Positions 17,121 to 26,529 of a DNA stretch of 32,000 nucleotides are shown piece by piece. Position 1 is the stretch's first letter. Each line of letters starts with the position of its first letter. A model generated the notes under the pieces. The model had not been told where the DNA came from, searched no databases, and was given only the letters and a program-made list of their open reading frames with translations. The translations under genes and the position numbers were made by a program. Where the stretch lies: sequence record MG428991.1. The stretch is one strand, 5' to 3'. The DNA is from Klebsiella phage May.

Positions 17121-18842
17121 GTGACAGCATTTAATCAGCATGTTAAAGCGCTGGAGACTCTTCGCAGAGAAATACCAATAGAAGAAATCCAGAAATTGGC
17201 GGAACAATATTTTCCCTATGACCATGCCAACCCCGGCCAAATGGAATGTATTGTTGAAGCCATAGATGCTTTGGCCAACAAGAAATTCAAACACGTGATT
17301 ATCGAAGCTCCTACGGGAGTCGGTAAATCTCTAATCGGCACAACCATCCATCAGGTGTTACGCCATCTTGTTCTTGAAGCAAACCCCTATGGCCAATTTC
17401 GTACTTCCATTTCCACGCCGACCAAAGGTCTGCAAGATCAATATGCAGCTGAAAAAGCCGTTGCTATCGATATCCTGAAAGGCAAGAAGAATTATCGCTG
17501 CCATATGCATCCGGATGTGTACTACAACGCTGTACAATGCCGTATCGCTTGCCGGGATGGGCATTGCAGCAAGAGGCGTTGCCCATACGTTCAGGCGCGT
17601 AACCTCTGGACCAATATCTCGTCCCTACGCTGCACGAACGCGGCCATGATGATTGAGATGTGCACCACCATTTGTATGAAGCCAGAAAACCGGGCCGACA
17701 TGCTTATTTTGGATGAGTGCCATAAAATGCCCTCTACGCTCCTAGACCATACGATCATGGAATACAATACGAAGGTATTGGAAGGACTGAGATCGTTGCC
17801 TCAAGGGAAGGAGATCGTCCAAGCGGTGACAGAGATCGTTCACCATTGTAAGGACTACGAGTTAGGGAAACTGTATTCGTTGGATGGATACTTGTTTGAC
17901 CGATTCCTTGATCTTCTGGAGAAGGTTGAAGCCATTTTAACAGAACTGGAAGAACTTGTTGAGGACGACCGCCTAACCGAAGCCCAAGTGATGAAGCTGG
18001 CCGATATCATAGACATCCTCCATAACTTATCAGATTATTGTGGTATCATGTCCCAGACGCAGGCCAGTACCTTTATCGTACAGGAGAAGGGGGAAGATTT
18101 CATCCAATTCAAGCCAGTCATAGCATCTGACGTATCTCAGTTCGGCCTGTTCCGCAAAGCTGACTATCATGTTCACATGTCGGCAACCATCTGCGGGATT
18201 GATGCGTATGCGCGTTCCTTGGGTATTCGTCCTGGGCAATACCATAAAATACAGATTGGGAACCCGATACCAATTGAGAATCGCAAAGTGAATTACATGC
18301 CGGTTATGAAGATGACGAACAACATGGGTGACTATGAGATGCGTCAGCTGGCGGGATTTGTTGATGAGATCATCGAATTCCATCAGGGGCAATCAGGTAT
18401 CATTCACACGGTGAGTTATGACCGGGCGCTGGCGATACAGAAGTTCAGCAAATATCGGAACATCATTCACGTTCCCAGGACCCGTAAGGCGCTGATGGAA
18501 CTGATGGATAATGCTTTCCGTACGAAGACACCGTGCATCATTGCCAGCCCGGCTATGGAAGAAGGGTATGACTTCAAAGGAGATTACAGCCGTTTCCAGA
18601 TCCTCATCAAGGTGCCATATGATTACCTTGGTGACCCATTGGTTGCACATATCAACTCCGTGGATCCTTCGGCGTATTTCCGGAATGCCATACTGCGTAT
18701 CATACAGATGTGTGGGCGTTCGGTCAGGGGCGTGAACGACTGGGCCGCGACATACATCCTGGACTCATCCTTTGAATCCTTGATGATGCGCAACCCAGAG
18801 TTCTTTCCAACTTGGTTTACCGAGGCAGTGTTTGAAGTTTAA
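17121..18842 (+). CDS. SF2 helicase, XPD/DinG-like with candidate Fe-S cysteines
   Basis: Walker A EAPTGVGKSLI, LILDECHK motif II, C-terminal QMCGRSVRG motif VI; Cys-rich insert YRCHMHPDVYYNAVQCRIACRDGHCSKRRCPY between motifs I and II. GTG start after AAAGGAG. Confidence 0.8.
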   Translation: MTAFNQHVKALETLRREIPIEEIQKLAEQYFPYDHANPGQMECIVEAIDALANKKFKHVIIEAPTGVGKSLIGTTIHQVLRHLVLEANPYGQFRTSISTPTKGLQDQYAAEKAVAIDILKGKKNYRCHMHPDVYYNAVQCRIACRDGHCSKRRCPYVQARNLWTNISSLRCTNAAMMIEMCTTICMKPENRADMLILDECHKMPSTLLDHTIMEYNTKVLEGLRSLPQGKEIVQAVTEIVHHCKDYELGKLYSLDGYLFDRFLDLLEKVEAILTELEELVEDDRLTEAQVMKLADIIDILHNLSDYCGIMSQTQASTFIVQEKGEDFIQFKPVIASDVSQFGLFRKADYHVHMSATICGIDAYARSLGIRPGQYHKIQIGNPIPIENRKVNYMPVMKMTNNMGDYEMRQLAGFVDEIIEFHQGQSGIIHTVSYDRALAIQKFSKYRNIIHVPRTRKALMELMDNAFRTKTPCIIASPAMEEGYDFKGDYSRFQILIKVPYDYLGDPLVAHINSVDPSAYFRNAILRIIQMCGRSVRGVNDWAATYILDSSFESLMMRNPEFFPTWFTEAVFEV

Positions 18843-19606
18843 TAACCAGCAATAAATGATAGGCGACATTTGAGATTCGGTGCCAGGGATGTCAGGGATA
18901 TGATCATATCATCACTGTCCATACTGTACTCAATTGTCGCCAGTTGCTGGGTTTGAACATTGTTGTATTCACTGTAGATTAAGTCCTCACCACGGAAACC
19001 GATCTTTCCATCTGTATCTTGCCAATGACCTTGTGTCTTGTCATATACATGGACGCGGAATTCAACCATATGGAAAAGGGCTTTTGGTATACTCTTCAAT
19101 ATACTGGTGCCAACGACCGGAATCTCAATATTGGCATCATTGGCCCCGCCTTCATATACTGGCGCCCAATTGAATATAGGATCACCACCAGCGACCGGAG
19201 TCCTTTTCCAATATTGGAATTCCGGGTTGCCTGAATCGTTTTTCTGCAACAATATGACTTCGCCACCTGTAAAATTCGTGGTGTCAATATCATCTCTTGC
19301 TAAAATATCCGCCGGGGAGCCGATAAATTTCCAGCCATCACGATCCAATAATGACTTATAATAGTCTGTGAAAACGTTGCTGTCACCAGCATTGTTGATT
19401 GCGTCTTTGAGACCTTCTCCTGTGACCATCTCATTGACTTTCAACCACATGTTTTTAACGGCAGACGCTGCCGCAACCTGGCCTTGTGTACCGCCTGCAG
19501 CGTAGTCATAGATGATGTCTACATTCTGTATTGCGGTCTGTATGGACAGGAGAAGTCGTTCGATTTCAGCTGCGGTTAAACTGAAACGATAAGAACGTTC
19601 AGCCAT
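18839..19606 (-). CDS. putative virion/structural protein (only confident minus-strand gene)
   Basis: 255-aa ORF from MAERSYRFSLTAAEIERLL; SD-like AGGACA before the ATG; TATAAATA late promoter just upstream. Product call is inference. Confidence 0.55.
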   Translation of the reverse strand: MAERSYRFSLTAAEIERLLLSIQTAIQNVDIIYDYAAGGTQGQVAAASAVKNMWLKVNEMVTGEGLKDAINNAGDSNVFTDYYKSLLDRDGWKFIGSPADILARDDIDTTNFTGGEVILLQKNDSGNPEFQYWKRTPVAGGDPIFNWAPVYEGGANDANIEIPVVGTSILKSIPKALFHMVEFRVHVYDKTQGHWQDTDGKIGFRGEDLIYSEYNNVQTQQLATIEYSMDSDDMIISLTSLAPNLKCRLSFIAGY

Positions 19607-19637
19607 AATAATGTCCTCATGATAAACAAGTTTGGAG

Positions 19638-19645
19638 TATTTATA
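19638..19645 (-). promoter_or_regulatory. T4-type late promoter box TATAAATA
   Basis: + strand TATTTATA = TATAAATA on the minus strand, 32 nt upstream of the minus-strand ATG; a gp55-like sigma gene lies next to it. Confidence 0.7.
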
Positions 19646-19647
19646 TC

Positions 19648-20187
19648 GTGATTGAAATTTACACTGACGGCGCTTCATCGCCACAGACTACACAAGCGGC
19701 GGGATGGGCTTTTGCAGTCAGCCCAATTTCTGGTGGGGTTCAATGGAATGTATTCTATGGTTACTTGCCACCACCTTCCACAAATAATATAGCGGAACTC
19801 TTGGGTGTTATTAATGCTCTGAAACTCCTGTGGAAATTTTCGGGTTGCGGTGAGCGTAATATCCCAAAGGCCACCATTATTTCCGACAGTCAATATGTCA
19901 TCAATAGTGCCATCAAATGGCGGTCTAAATGGGAATATGAGGGCATGCCTCCCAAGAATACTGAATTACTCCTTGACTTGTTCAATATGTATGACAAAGT
20001 TTGTTCAATTTCTGAACTTGAACTAAAATGGGTCAAAGGTCATGCGGGTACAATCGGCAACGAAATTGCGGATCAGTGGAGTGTCCGGGCCAAAGAAAAT
20101 AGCAGTATGGTCCTGGAAAACGAACGATTTCGGGTTAAGAAGGTTGTCGGTTCATTCAATCAATTTATCGGTATCTCTGAGGGTTAG
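19648..20187 (+). CDS. rnhA-like: ribonuclease HI
   Basis: IYTDGASSP, NIAELLGVINAL, IISDSQYVIN, VKGHAGTIGNEIADQ: D-E-D-D catalytic set. Confidence 0.92.
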   Translation: MIEIYTDGASSPQTTQAAGWAFAVSPISGGVQWNVFYGYLPPPSTNNIAELLGVINALKLLWKFSGCGERNIPKATIISDSQYVINSAIKWRSKWEYEGMPPKNTELLLDLFNMYDKVCSISELELKWVKGHAGTIGNEIADQWSVRAKENSSMVLENERFRVKKVVGSFNQFIGISEG

Positions 20188-20190
20188 ATC

Positions 20191-20961
20191 ATGGGCATGA
20201 ATTTCGTAGACAGAGGGGAAAACGTCACCAAATATTTCACTGACGAAGACAATGAGCGCGTCATCGCAATATTACGTGACTGGATACCCGGAAGGAAAAA
20301 GGCGATAGCCGAAGGGAAGCCCCTACCCAAGATCCCGAATTATGTGGCCGCCAAAGTCCATATGATCATCCACAAAATGAGCACCCGCTACAACTACAGA
20401 GATTATCCCTTCCGTGAAGATATGGTGAGCGATGCCGTCGCCAATATTCTTCGATATTTACACACCTTCGACGTCAGCCATGTTGGCAAGAAAGGGAAGA
20501 TCAATTTCTTCTCTTGGGTGACCATGTGTGCTGATCGTTCATTTGCCCGCAAACTGACCATAGAAGAAGAACACACGTATATCAAATTGCGTTCATTCGA
20601 AGACGCAGGTGGCTTTGCGGCGTTCAGTGATGACCCAGACTTCCAGCCTCAGACATTTGTGGATAACACCGGGATTACAATGGATTTTCGTGAGCGTATA
20701 GGGCACTTCGAAAACAAGAAAGAATCCCAGCGTGAAAAAGAAAGGCAAAAACAAGCCGACCTCAAAGAAGACGAAAAGAATAAAAAGATTCCAAAAGGTA
20801 TACTTCAATGCCTCCGTGGACCGCAAAATAATACTACCGCACAGGCCGAAGATGATTCAGAACAAGACTTCGGCAAAACCCAATTCAGCCTTGAAGAAAT
20901 AATGGATAGCCCTACGCTGCTATCCGAATTATCAGGAGAAAAGAATAATGGCGATTGCTAA
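20191..20961 (+). CDS. 55-like: T4 gp55-like late sigma factor
   Basis: STRYNYRDYPFREDMVSDAVANILRYLHTFD...NFFSWVTMCADRSFARKLTIEE resembles gp55/sigma region 2. Confidence 0.75.
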   Translation: MGMNFVDRGENVTKYFTDEDNERVIAILRDWIPGRKKAIAEGKPLPKIPNYVAAKVHMIIHKMSTRYNYRDYPFREDMVSDAVANILRYLHTFDVSHVGKKGKINFFSWVTMCADRSFARKLTIEEEHTYIKLRSFEDAGGFAAFSDDPDFQPQTFVDNTGITMDFRERIGHFENKKESQREKERQKQADLKEDEKNKKIPKGILQCLRGPQNNTTAQAEDDSEQDFGKTQFSLEEIMDSPTLLSELSGEKNNGDC

Positions 20962-22066
20962 GATCGGCGATTTACACATCGGGAGCCGTAATGGCTCTCG
21001 TTATGTTCGTGACTTCATTAAGAATTATCTCATCAACTATTTCATTCCTGAACTCGTTGATGCCGACATCAAAGAAGTCTGGCAATTCGGCGATACATTT
21101 GATGTCCGCAAATTCATGTACGGGCGTGATAAAGACTGGTTGAAAGATGAGCTGGTCCCGGCTCTGCGTGTTGCTGGTATCAAGTGGAACGGTCTGATCG
21201 GCAACCACGACATCACTCTGGAAGAATCAAATCGCATCAACTGGCCTTCTTACCTTGTCGAACTGGCCCCTGATGTCTTCACCTATTACTCCGAACCGAC
21301 GGAAGTCATAGTCGAGGGCAAAAAAGTCCTGGTGCTGCCGTGGATCAATAAAGAGAACTATGCGCGGTCTGTTCAGATGTTACAAGACACCGACGCTGAG
21401 TTCTGTTTTGCGCACCTGGAGTTGGCTGGCTTCAAGATGTACCAGTCCTCCACTTGCGATCATGGCCAGATCGATTTGTCTCTTCTGAGTAAATTCACTC
21501 GGGTAGACACGGGCCACTTCCATACTCGTTCGTTCGAAGGCAATGTCCAGTATCTGGGAACACCGTATCATCTGACCTGGGAAGATTACAAAGACGGCGA
21601 CAACCGTGGCTTCTATGTGGACGACCTGACTGACGGTGGTGAGATGTTCATCCCTAACAACGCCAGCCAGACCCTATTCCGTTATGTGGAATATGATTAC
21701 GCCAAACTTTCTTCTGACGATGAAGGTAATTGGATCGACCCGGAATGGTTGAACACCAAGTTGGGTATTGAAGGACAAATCGTTAAGATTATCGTAACCA
21801 ATCGCGATAATTCTAAACATTACGAGAAGTTCTGTGATGCCATGAAGCGCTGCAAATGCATCGATTACAACTTCATTGACAAGACTGTGACGGTTTCTGC
21901 TGAAAAAGTAGAAGTCACCGAGGAAATGATAGCCACCGATGCCGTAGAAGTTCTGAAGAATGATATCCGCGCTGCTGACAATATCCAGCGCCCGGAATCG
22001 GTCTGTAAACTGGCCGAAGCATTCTATACAGCCGCCCAACAACGTCTCAACACTCTGGATGCGTAA
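20948..22066 (+). CDS. 47-like: gp47/SbcD-like recombination nuclease
   Basis: KIGDLHIG, VWQFGDTFD, LIGNHDI, GHFHTRSF metallophosphoesterase motifs; directly upstream of the gp46-like gene. Confidence 0.93.
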   Translation: MAIAKIGDLHIGSRNGSRYVRDFIKNYLINYFIPELVDADIKEVWQFGDTFDVRKFMYGRDKDWLKDELVPALRVAGIKWNGLIGNHDITLEESNRINWPSYLVELAPDVFTYYSEPTEVIVEGKKVLVLPWINKENYARSVQMLQDTDAEFCFAHLELAGFKMYQSSTCDHGQIDLSLLSKFTRVDTGHFHTRSFEGNVQYLGTPYHLTWEDYKDGDNRGFYVDDLTDGGEMFIPNNASQTLFRYVEYDYAKLSSDDEGNWIDPEWLNTKLGIEGQIVKIIVTNRDNSKHYEKFCDAMKRCKCIDYNFIDKTVTVSAEKVEVTEEMIATDAVEVLKNDIRAADNIQRPESVCKLAEAFYTAAQQRLNTLDA

Positions 22067-22068
22067 AG

Positions 22069-24396
22069 ATGACTGATATCCTTGAAAAATTCGGCAACCT
22101 GTTAAAGGAAGCTGCAACCCCGGAAGATATCCCGGTTCCATTTGATGTTCGTGGTGATGTTACCCACAAACTCACTTTCCGCAAAGGCCGCGCCAAAAAC
22201 TTCCGCTCTGTGGGCAATGAGTTCATGGAGATCGACTATCAGCGTAACCCGGCAACCCTCGTTACATCAGACGATAATGGCGCTGGGAAATCCACTATGC
22301 TGGTCTGGCTGTTATTCTTTGTCCTGTACAATGATACTTACAGCAAGAAAGAGAAGAAGGCCGGGCTGGTAAACTCTCAGAACAAAAAAGACTGCGTTGG
22401 CGAAGTGGAATTTGCATGCCGGGGTAGTGAATGGAAAGTCCGCCGTGGGATCAAGCCTGACTTTGTTGAAGTTCATCAACTGGTTGATGGTGAATGGAAA
22501 CAGGTTGTGAATGATGCTGCCAAGGCCGACATGAACAAGTATATCGTCAACCTGATCGGCATCGACCAGAAGATGTTTGAGAACTCCCTGGTTCTGGGAA
22601 AAGAGAAATTCATCCCGTTTACAGAAATGTATACTGCCGACCGCCGTACCATGGTGGAGGCGATCTGGGATCTCGGCTTCTTCAGCCTGATGAACGAGGA
22701 CGTCAAGGCAAAGATCAAGGTGCTCAACAAAACGCTGGAAGATATCTCCAATGATTTTGGTATGAAAATGATTGATCATACCAATAAGAAAACTCAGCTG
22801 GCGCAGATCATTGAGTCTAATAATCGTATCCAACAACAATCTGCGGAAATCCTCGAGCAGGAACGGGTCCGGCTTTCTAATCTGGATGCGGATATTTCTT
22901 CGTATCAAGATGAGATGTCTCGGCTACAGGAAGTGCAAATCAATACCAAAAAGGAAATTGGTGAAGTAGAAAGCCGCCTGAATCAGGAATCGATGGAAGA
23001 AATAGAAAAATTAAAATCCCAATACGCTGAGAAGATGAAAGCTGTAGATGACATCGCGTCAGACAAAGCTGAAGATTATGAGCGTATAGAATTGTCTTCG
23101 GCCGAGAGGGCACTTAAAGATATTCGCGACCAGGGCTATAAGGTCACTGAACGTAAAAATGAGGTGCTAAACCAGCGCAATGAGAATCTGAATGTTCTCA
23201 ACGAAGCGATGGAAAAGCTGCGTTATGGCGAAGGTTTCAGGATTAAATTCCAAACTGAAAAAGAAGGATATCAGGAATCCATTCAGAAGTTTCATGATAT
23301 GGGTACTTGCCCGACTTGCCAGCAAGAAGTGTCAGAAGAAGCTAAATCTCAGGTTCAATACGAAGGCAATATCAAAATCAAGGATGTGGATTCTCGTATT
23401 GAACGGCTGGAAACCATGCTGGAAGAAATCAATACCACCATAGCAGAGCACAAAGCGAAAGATGATGAATTTGTTCGCCAGATCGCTGAAATCGATGCTG
23501 AGTTAAGTTCTCTGCGGGACCAAGCAACAGAAGCACAGAACGGCATTGAAACGATTAAACGAGATATTCAGGAGTTCTACAAAACTGCTGAAATTGAGAA
23601 GACCTCTCTTGATCGTGAGCTTAAATCTCAAATCATGTCTAGCCGCCAGGCGCTCAACACCAGATTTGAAGATATTACGGCATCATTACAACAAACGTTA
23701 GAGACAGCCTCTCAGGGGATGCAAACCGTCAAGGGTAAGATTGGCGATCTGAAAGACCGTCGTGCTCCTCTCGTTGCCTCGATTGCCGATTTGGAGCGTA
23801 AACTGTCCGTACAGCCGACTCCAACCGCTGACCTGGAAGCAGTCATTGCAGGTATTGAACAATCTCTGAAAGATCTGGAAGAACGGCGCCAAACAACAGA
23901 TGAAGAACTTCAGGATCATAATCATCTTCTCCACTTCTTGAAGGATGACCAGACCAAGGCCCGCATTATCTCCTTGTACCTGCCGTTCTTGAATAAGAAG
24001 ATCAACGAATATCTGGAGGGCATGAATATGTTCCTGGATATTGTGGTGGATGATACTTTTGATATCACCATGGGCACAGCCGGGCGTAAAGGTCAGAGTC
24101 TGTTCAGCTTATCTTCTGGCCAGCGCGTCCGTGTTAACATTGCCATTACCATGGCTCTGCGCGACGTCGCTAACCTGAAAGCATCCGTCCAATGCAACAT
24201 ACTGGTATTTGACGAAGTGCTGGAGAACCTGTCTGAGCGTGGCGTACAGGAATGCGTTGAAATGCTGAAGTACAAATTCAGCAACAACAACCTGTTTGTC
24301 ATCAGTCAGCGTGAGCAGGAATTCCAAGAGTATTTCCAACACAATATCCGCTATGGTCTGCGTAATGGTATGACCCAGGTGATTAGCAAGGAGTGA
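22069..24396 (+). CDS. 46-like: gp46/SbcC-like ATPase subunit
   Basis: Walker A SDDNGAGKST, CPTCQQEV zinc hook between coiled coils, FSLSSGQRVRVNIAITMALRD signature, Walker B ILVFDEVLENL. Confidence 0.95.
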   Translation: MTDILEKFGNLLKEAATPEDIPVPFDVRGDVTHKLTFRKGRAKNFRSVGNEFMEIDYQRNPATLVTSDDNGAGKSTMLVWLLFFVLYNDTYSKKEKKAGLVNSQNKKDCVGEVEFACRGSEWKVRRGIKPDFVEVHQLVDGEWKQVVNDAAKADMNKYIVNLIGIDQKMFENSLVLGKEKFIPFTEMYTADRRTMVEAIWDLGFFSLMNEDVKAKIKVLNKTLEDISNDFGMKMIDHTNKKTQLAQIIESNNRIQQQSAEILEQERVRLSNLDADISSYQDEMSRLQEVQINTKKEIGEVESRLNQESMEEIEKLKSQYAEKMKAVDDIASDKAEDYERIELSSAERALKDIRDQGYKVTERKNEVLNQRNENLNVLNEAMEKLRYGEGFRIKFQTEKEGYQESIQKFHDMGTCPTCQQEVSEEAKSQVQYEGNIKIKDVDSRIERLETMLEEINTTIAEHKAKDDEFVRQIAEIDAELSSLRDQATEAQNGIETIKRDIQEFYKTAEIEKTSLDRELKSQIMSSRQALNTRFEDITASLQQTLETASQGMQTVKGKIGDLKDRRAPLVASIADLERKLSVQPTPTADLEAVIAGIEQSLKDLEERRQTTDEELQDHNHLLHFLKDDQTKARIISLYLPFLNKKINEYLEGMNMFLDIVVDDTFDITMGTAGRKGQSLFSLSSGQRVRVNIAITMALRDVANLKASVQCNILVFDEVLENLSERGVQECVEMLKYKFSNNNLFVISQREQEFQEYFQHNIRYGLRNGMTQVISKE

Positions 24397-24398
24397 TC

Positions 24399-24569
24399 AT
24401 GAAAGTCGTAGTCGCTATCACATTTTATCTTTCCATGGGTATTATAGGCATCGTATCAGGTTATAACATACCAAATATGATAGGACTGGTATCAAGTATA
24501 TCAGCAGGGATATTTTTGATTGGTACTGGAGTTTACCTTCTTATCAGAACATGTAAAGAGAACAAATGA
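24399..24569 (+). CDS. small predicted membrane protein (56 aa)
   Basis: MKVVVAITFYLSMGIIGIVSGYNIPNMIGLVSSISAGIFLIGTGVYLLIRTCKENK; GGAG SD; two hydrophobic helices. Confidence 0.6.
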   Translation: MKVVVAITFYLSMGIIGIVSGYNIPNMIGLVSSISAGIFLIGTGVYLLIRTCKENK

Positions 24570-24797
24570 AAGTCGTCCATTTCAAGAAGGAGCCATATGA
24601 CGTCTACATCGGGCGACCCGGTAAATGGGGTAATCCTTTTTAAGTCAAAGATCATGGACGGGAAGGTTTTAGGGTGTTGGTGTAAGCCGCGCCCTTGCCA
24701 CGGCGATGTTTATGTCAAAGTGGTCAACCGTATTAAACTATTCCGATTGATGGGTAAATCCTTTGTAGAGCACTTGAGACAAACATATGGGAAATAA
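24566..24797 (+). pseudogene. split DUF4326-like gene (frame break at TTT-TAA-G)
   Basis: Frame 1 (24566) gives MKVVHFKKEPYDVYIGRPGKWGNPF*, frame 2 gives KSKIMDGKVLGCWCKPRPCHGDVYVKV: the two family-conserved ends lie in different frames, and the usual middle helical segment appears absent. Confidence 0.65.
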
Positions 24798-25068
24798 CAT
24801 AGACGAAATATTCGAGGCATCCAAGATCGCATGTGACACCTGGAATAGCAAGAACCCAAAGTTCCCTGTGGCCATTGGTGTTATTTCATACCATCTTGAA
24901 GGATATGTGATATATGTAGACGGTAAGATCAATTTCTATCGTGATGGCCACGAATTTAACGGATTATTCAAGATCGGGAATTATAAAACTTCATTCGATG
25001 ACCCTATGGAACTGGTATATGCCTGGTTGGAATGCATCGAAGAATGTTATAACGCCAAATTTGAATAA
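24787..25068 (+). CDS. hypothetical protein
   Basis: 93-aa ORF, followed by a strong terminator. Confidence 0.6.
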   Translation: MGNNIDEIFEASKIACDTWNSKNPKFPVAIGVISYHLEGYVIYVDGKINFYRDGHEFNGLFKIGNYKTSFDDPMELVYAWLECIEECYNAKFE

Positions 25069-25069
25069 T

Positions 25070-25107
25070 GATAAAGGGCGCTAATTATCTGGTGCCCTTT
25101 ATCTTTT
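25070..25107 (+). terminator. rho-independent terminator
   Basis: GATAAAGGGC ... GCCCTTTATC then TTTT; 10-bp stem. Confidence 0.85.
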
Positions 25108-25166
25108 AACCCTGTCAGGAGGCTCAATCGAGCTGCAAGTCGACAAAACAAATAAGGAACGCCATC

Positions 25167-25784
25167 ATGACGATGACAACGTTGAAGGCCATGGCTGCTT
25201 TCGTGACCTTTACCATTGCCAGCGGGAGTGTGCACGCTTCCCAAAATACATCACAATGTGACTATGATTTTTCTGAGCAACAACTATCCACCATGGCGAC
25301 TGCTTACCACGTAGGCAAGTCCCAATCTCTTGGTTACACCCTGGCAGCAATATCCTGGAGAGAATCCCGTGCGGGAGAAGACGTCGTGTCTATGCGATCT
25401 GGTATCAAAACCGCCAATATGGGAGCATTCCAAAACAAAGTTCAAAGTGTTGGGGACCGGGAAGGATGTAAGAACAGAAAGTGCTATGCCAATGTAGCTG
25501 TGAAACTTTTGATTGATCAGGAGTATGCTGCCAACGCCGCGCTGGATGAGATGAATTTCTGGATGAACCAACATAATCAGAATGTACGCAAGTCTCTTTC
25601 ATCGTATAATGCCGGGCATTCCCGCAACAGCAAATCGAATTCGTATGCTGCCGATGTAGTGAAGAAGGCTAAATATCTGCAAAGATGTGTGTCTTTCAAA
25701 GGCATTCCCGCGAGTTCGAAAGTTGATCCTCAGGTGATAGCCATGAACAAGCGCACGATAGAGAAACTCAAGAGGACGCGATAA
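25167..25784 (+). CDS. exported lytic-transglycosylase-like protein (candidate endolysin)
   Basis: Signal peptide MTTLKAMAAFVTFTIASGSVHA, LAAISWRESRAGE (catalytic Glu), MGAFQNK, LSSYNAGHS: SLT-like motifs. Confidence 0.75.
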   Translation: MTMTTLKAMAAFVTFTIASGSVHASQNTSQCDYDFSEQQLSTMATAYHVGKSQSLGYTLAAISWRESRAGEDVVSMRSGIKTANMGAFQNKVQSVGDREGCKNRKCYANVAVKLLIDQEYAANAALDEMNFWMNQHNQNVRKSLSSYNAGHSRNSKSNSYAADVVKKAKYLQRCVSFKGIPASSKVDPQVIAMNKRTIEKLKRTR

Positions 25785-26416
25785 TGAATATCACCCCATC
25801 TCAAACAGGTTATGAGCACCTGATGGTATTCCTGGCTATTCAGGGGGCCAAAGAGGGCATCATAACTTCAGAATACAGCGGGACCGTCCGCTTGATCGAC
25901 TACACGGCCAGCGGAGCATTTATCAAGAAATGTATCACAGCCTGGACCAAGTATGCTGTTGGGACTTATCCGGCCCCTCCTTCTGGGGAACTGTTATTTG
26001 TCGTGCCTACCTTGACGGCAACCGATACTGACGAGATCTTTGCCGATATGCTGTCTAAGGGATACATCACTTATGACACACAGCATGATATCTATGAGTT
26101 CTCTGCTCTGAATCGTGTGTTCGGTTATACAATCACGTCAGAAGCGAATATCCCTGATTGGGGGATCCTGGCTTGGGGCAAAGACGGTATTGGGGCAACG
26201 TATGCTTCGTCTGATGTTGGACCAGTCCTTATTGATCCGGGTGTTACCATGGAACAATACCTTGCTCAGTTCCCTCAGCATGGCGTGACCGGTAGCGACA
26301 TCATTATCGTCTATCCCGGCTCCAATGCTCTGGAACGCCTGGTTTCAGGATGGGATCCTCATCTGAAAGCGGTCGTGGAAGGTATCCGGTTCTACATCCC
26401 AGTAGTAAATCCATAG
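25784..26416 (+). CDS. hypothetical protein
   Basis: 210-aa ORF, TAATG coupled to the transglycosylase-like gene. Confidence 0.6.
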   Translation: MNITPSQTGYEHLMVFLAIQGAKEGIITSEYSGTVRLIDYTASGAFIKKCITAWTKYAVGTYPAPPSGELLFVVPTLTATDTDEIFADMLSKGYITYDTQHDIYEFSALNRVFGYTITSEANIPDWGILAWGKDGIGATYASSDVGPVLIDPGVTMEQYLAQFPQHGVTGSDIIIVYPGSNALERLVSGWDPHLKAVVEGIRFYIPVVNP

Positions 26417-26432
26417 CATAAAATAATTCAAT

Positions 26433-26453
26433 AAAAGGGGCTTCGGCCCCTTT
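26433..26453 (+). terminator. terminator hairpin with TTCG tetraloop
   Basis: AAAGGGGC-TTCG-GCCCCTTT. Confidence 0.7.
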
Positions 26454-26479
26454 ACTTATTCAATAACACAACCTATAAT
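26451..26479 (+). promoter_or_regulatory. sigma70-like promoter TTTACT-N17-TATAAT
   Basis: TTTACT 26451-26456, 17-nt spacer, TATAAT 26474-26479. Confidence 0.6.
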
Positions 26480-26529
26480 TCAATACATAAGCAGTACGAC
26501 GAAACAAATTGAAACGAAGGAACTACATC

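Noticed and set aside
20948-24396. SMC-like ATPase + nuclease as a defence system (Wadjet/Gabija-like)
   Set aside because: CxxC hook, gp47-type phosphoesterase partner and adjacency to a gp55-like sigma make this the ordinary T4 46/47 recombination module.
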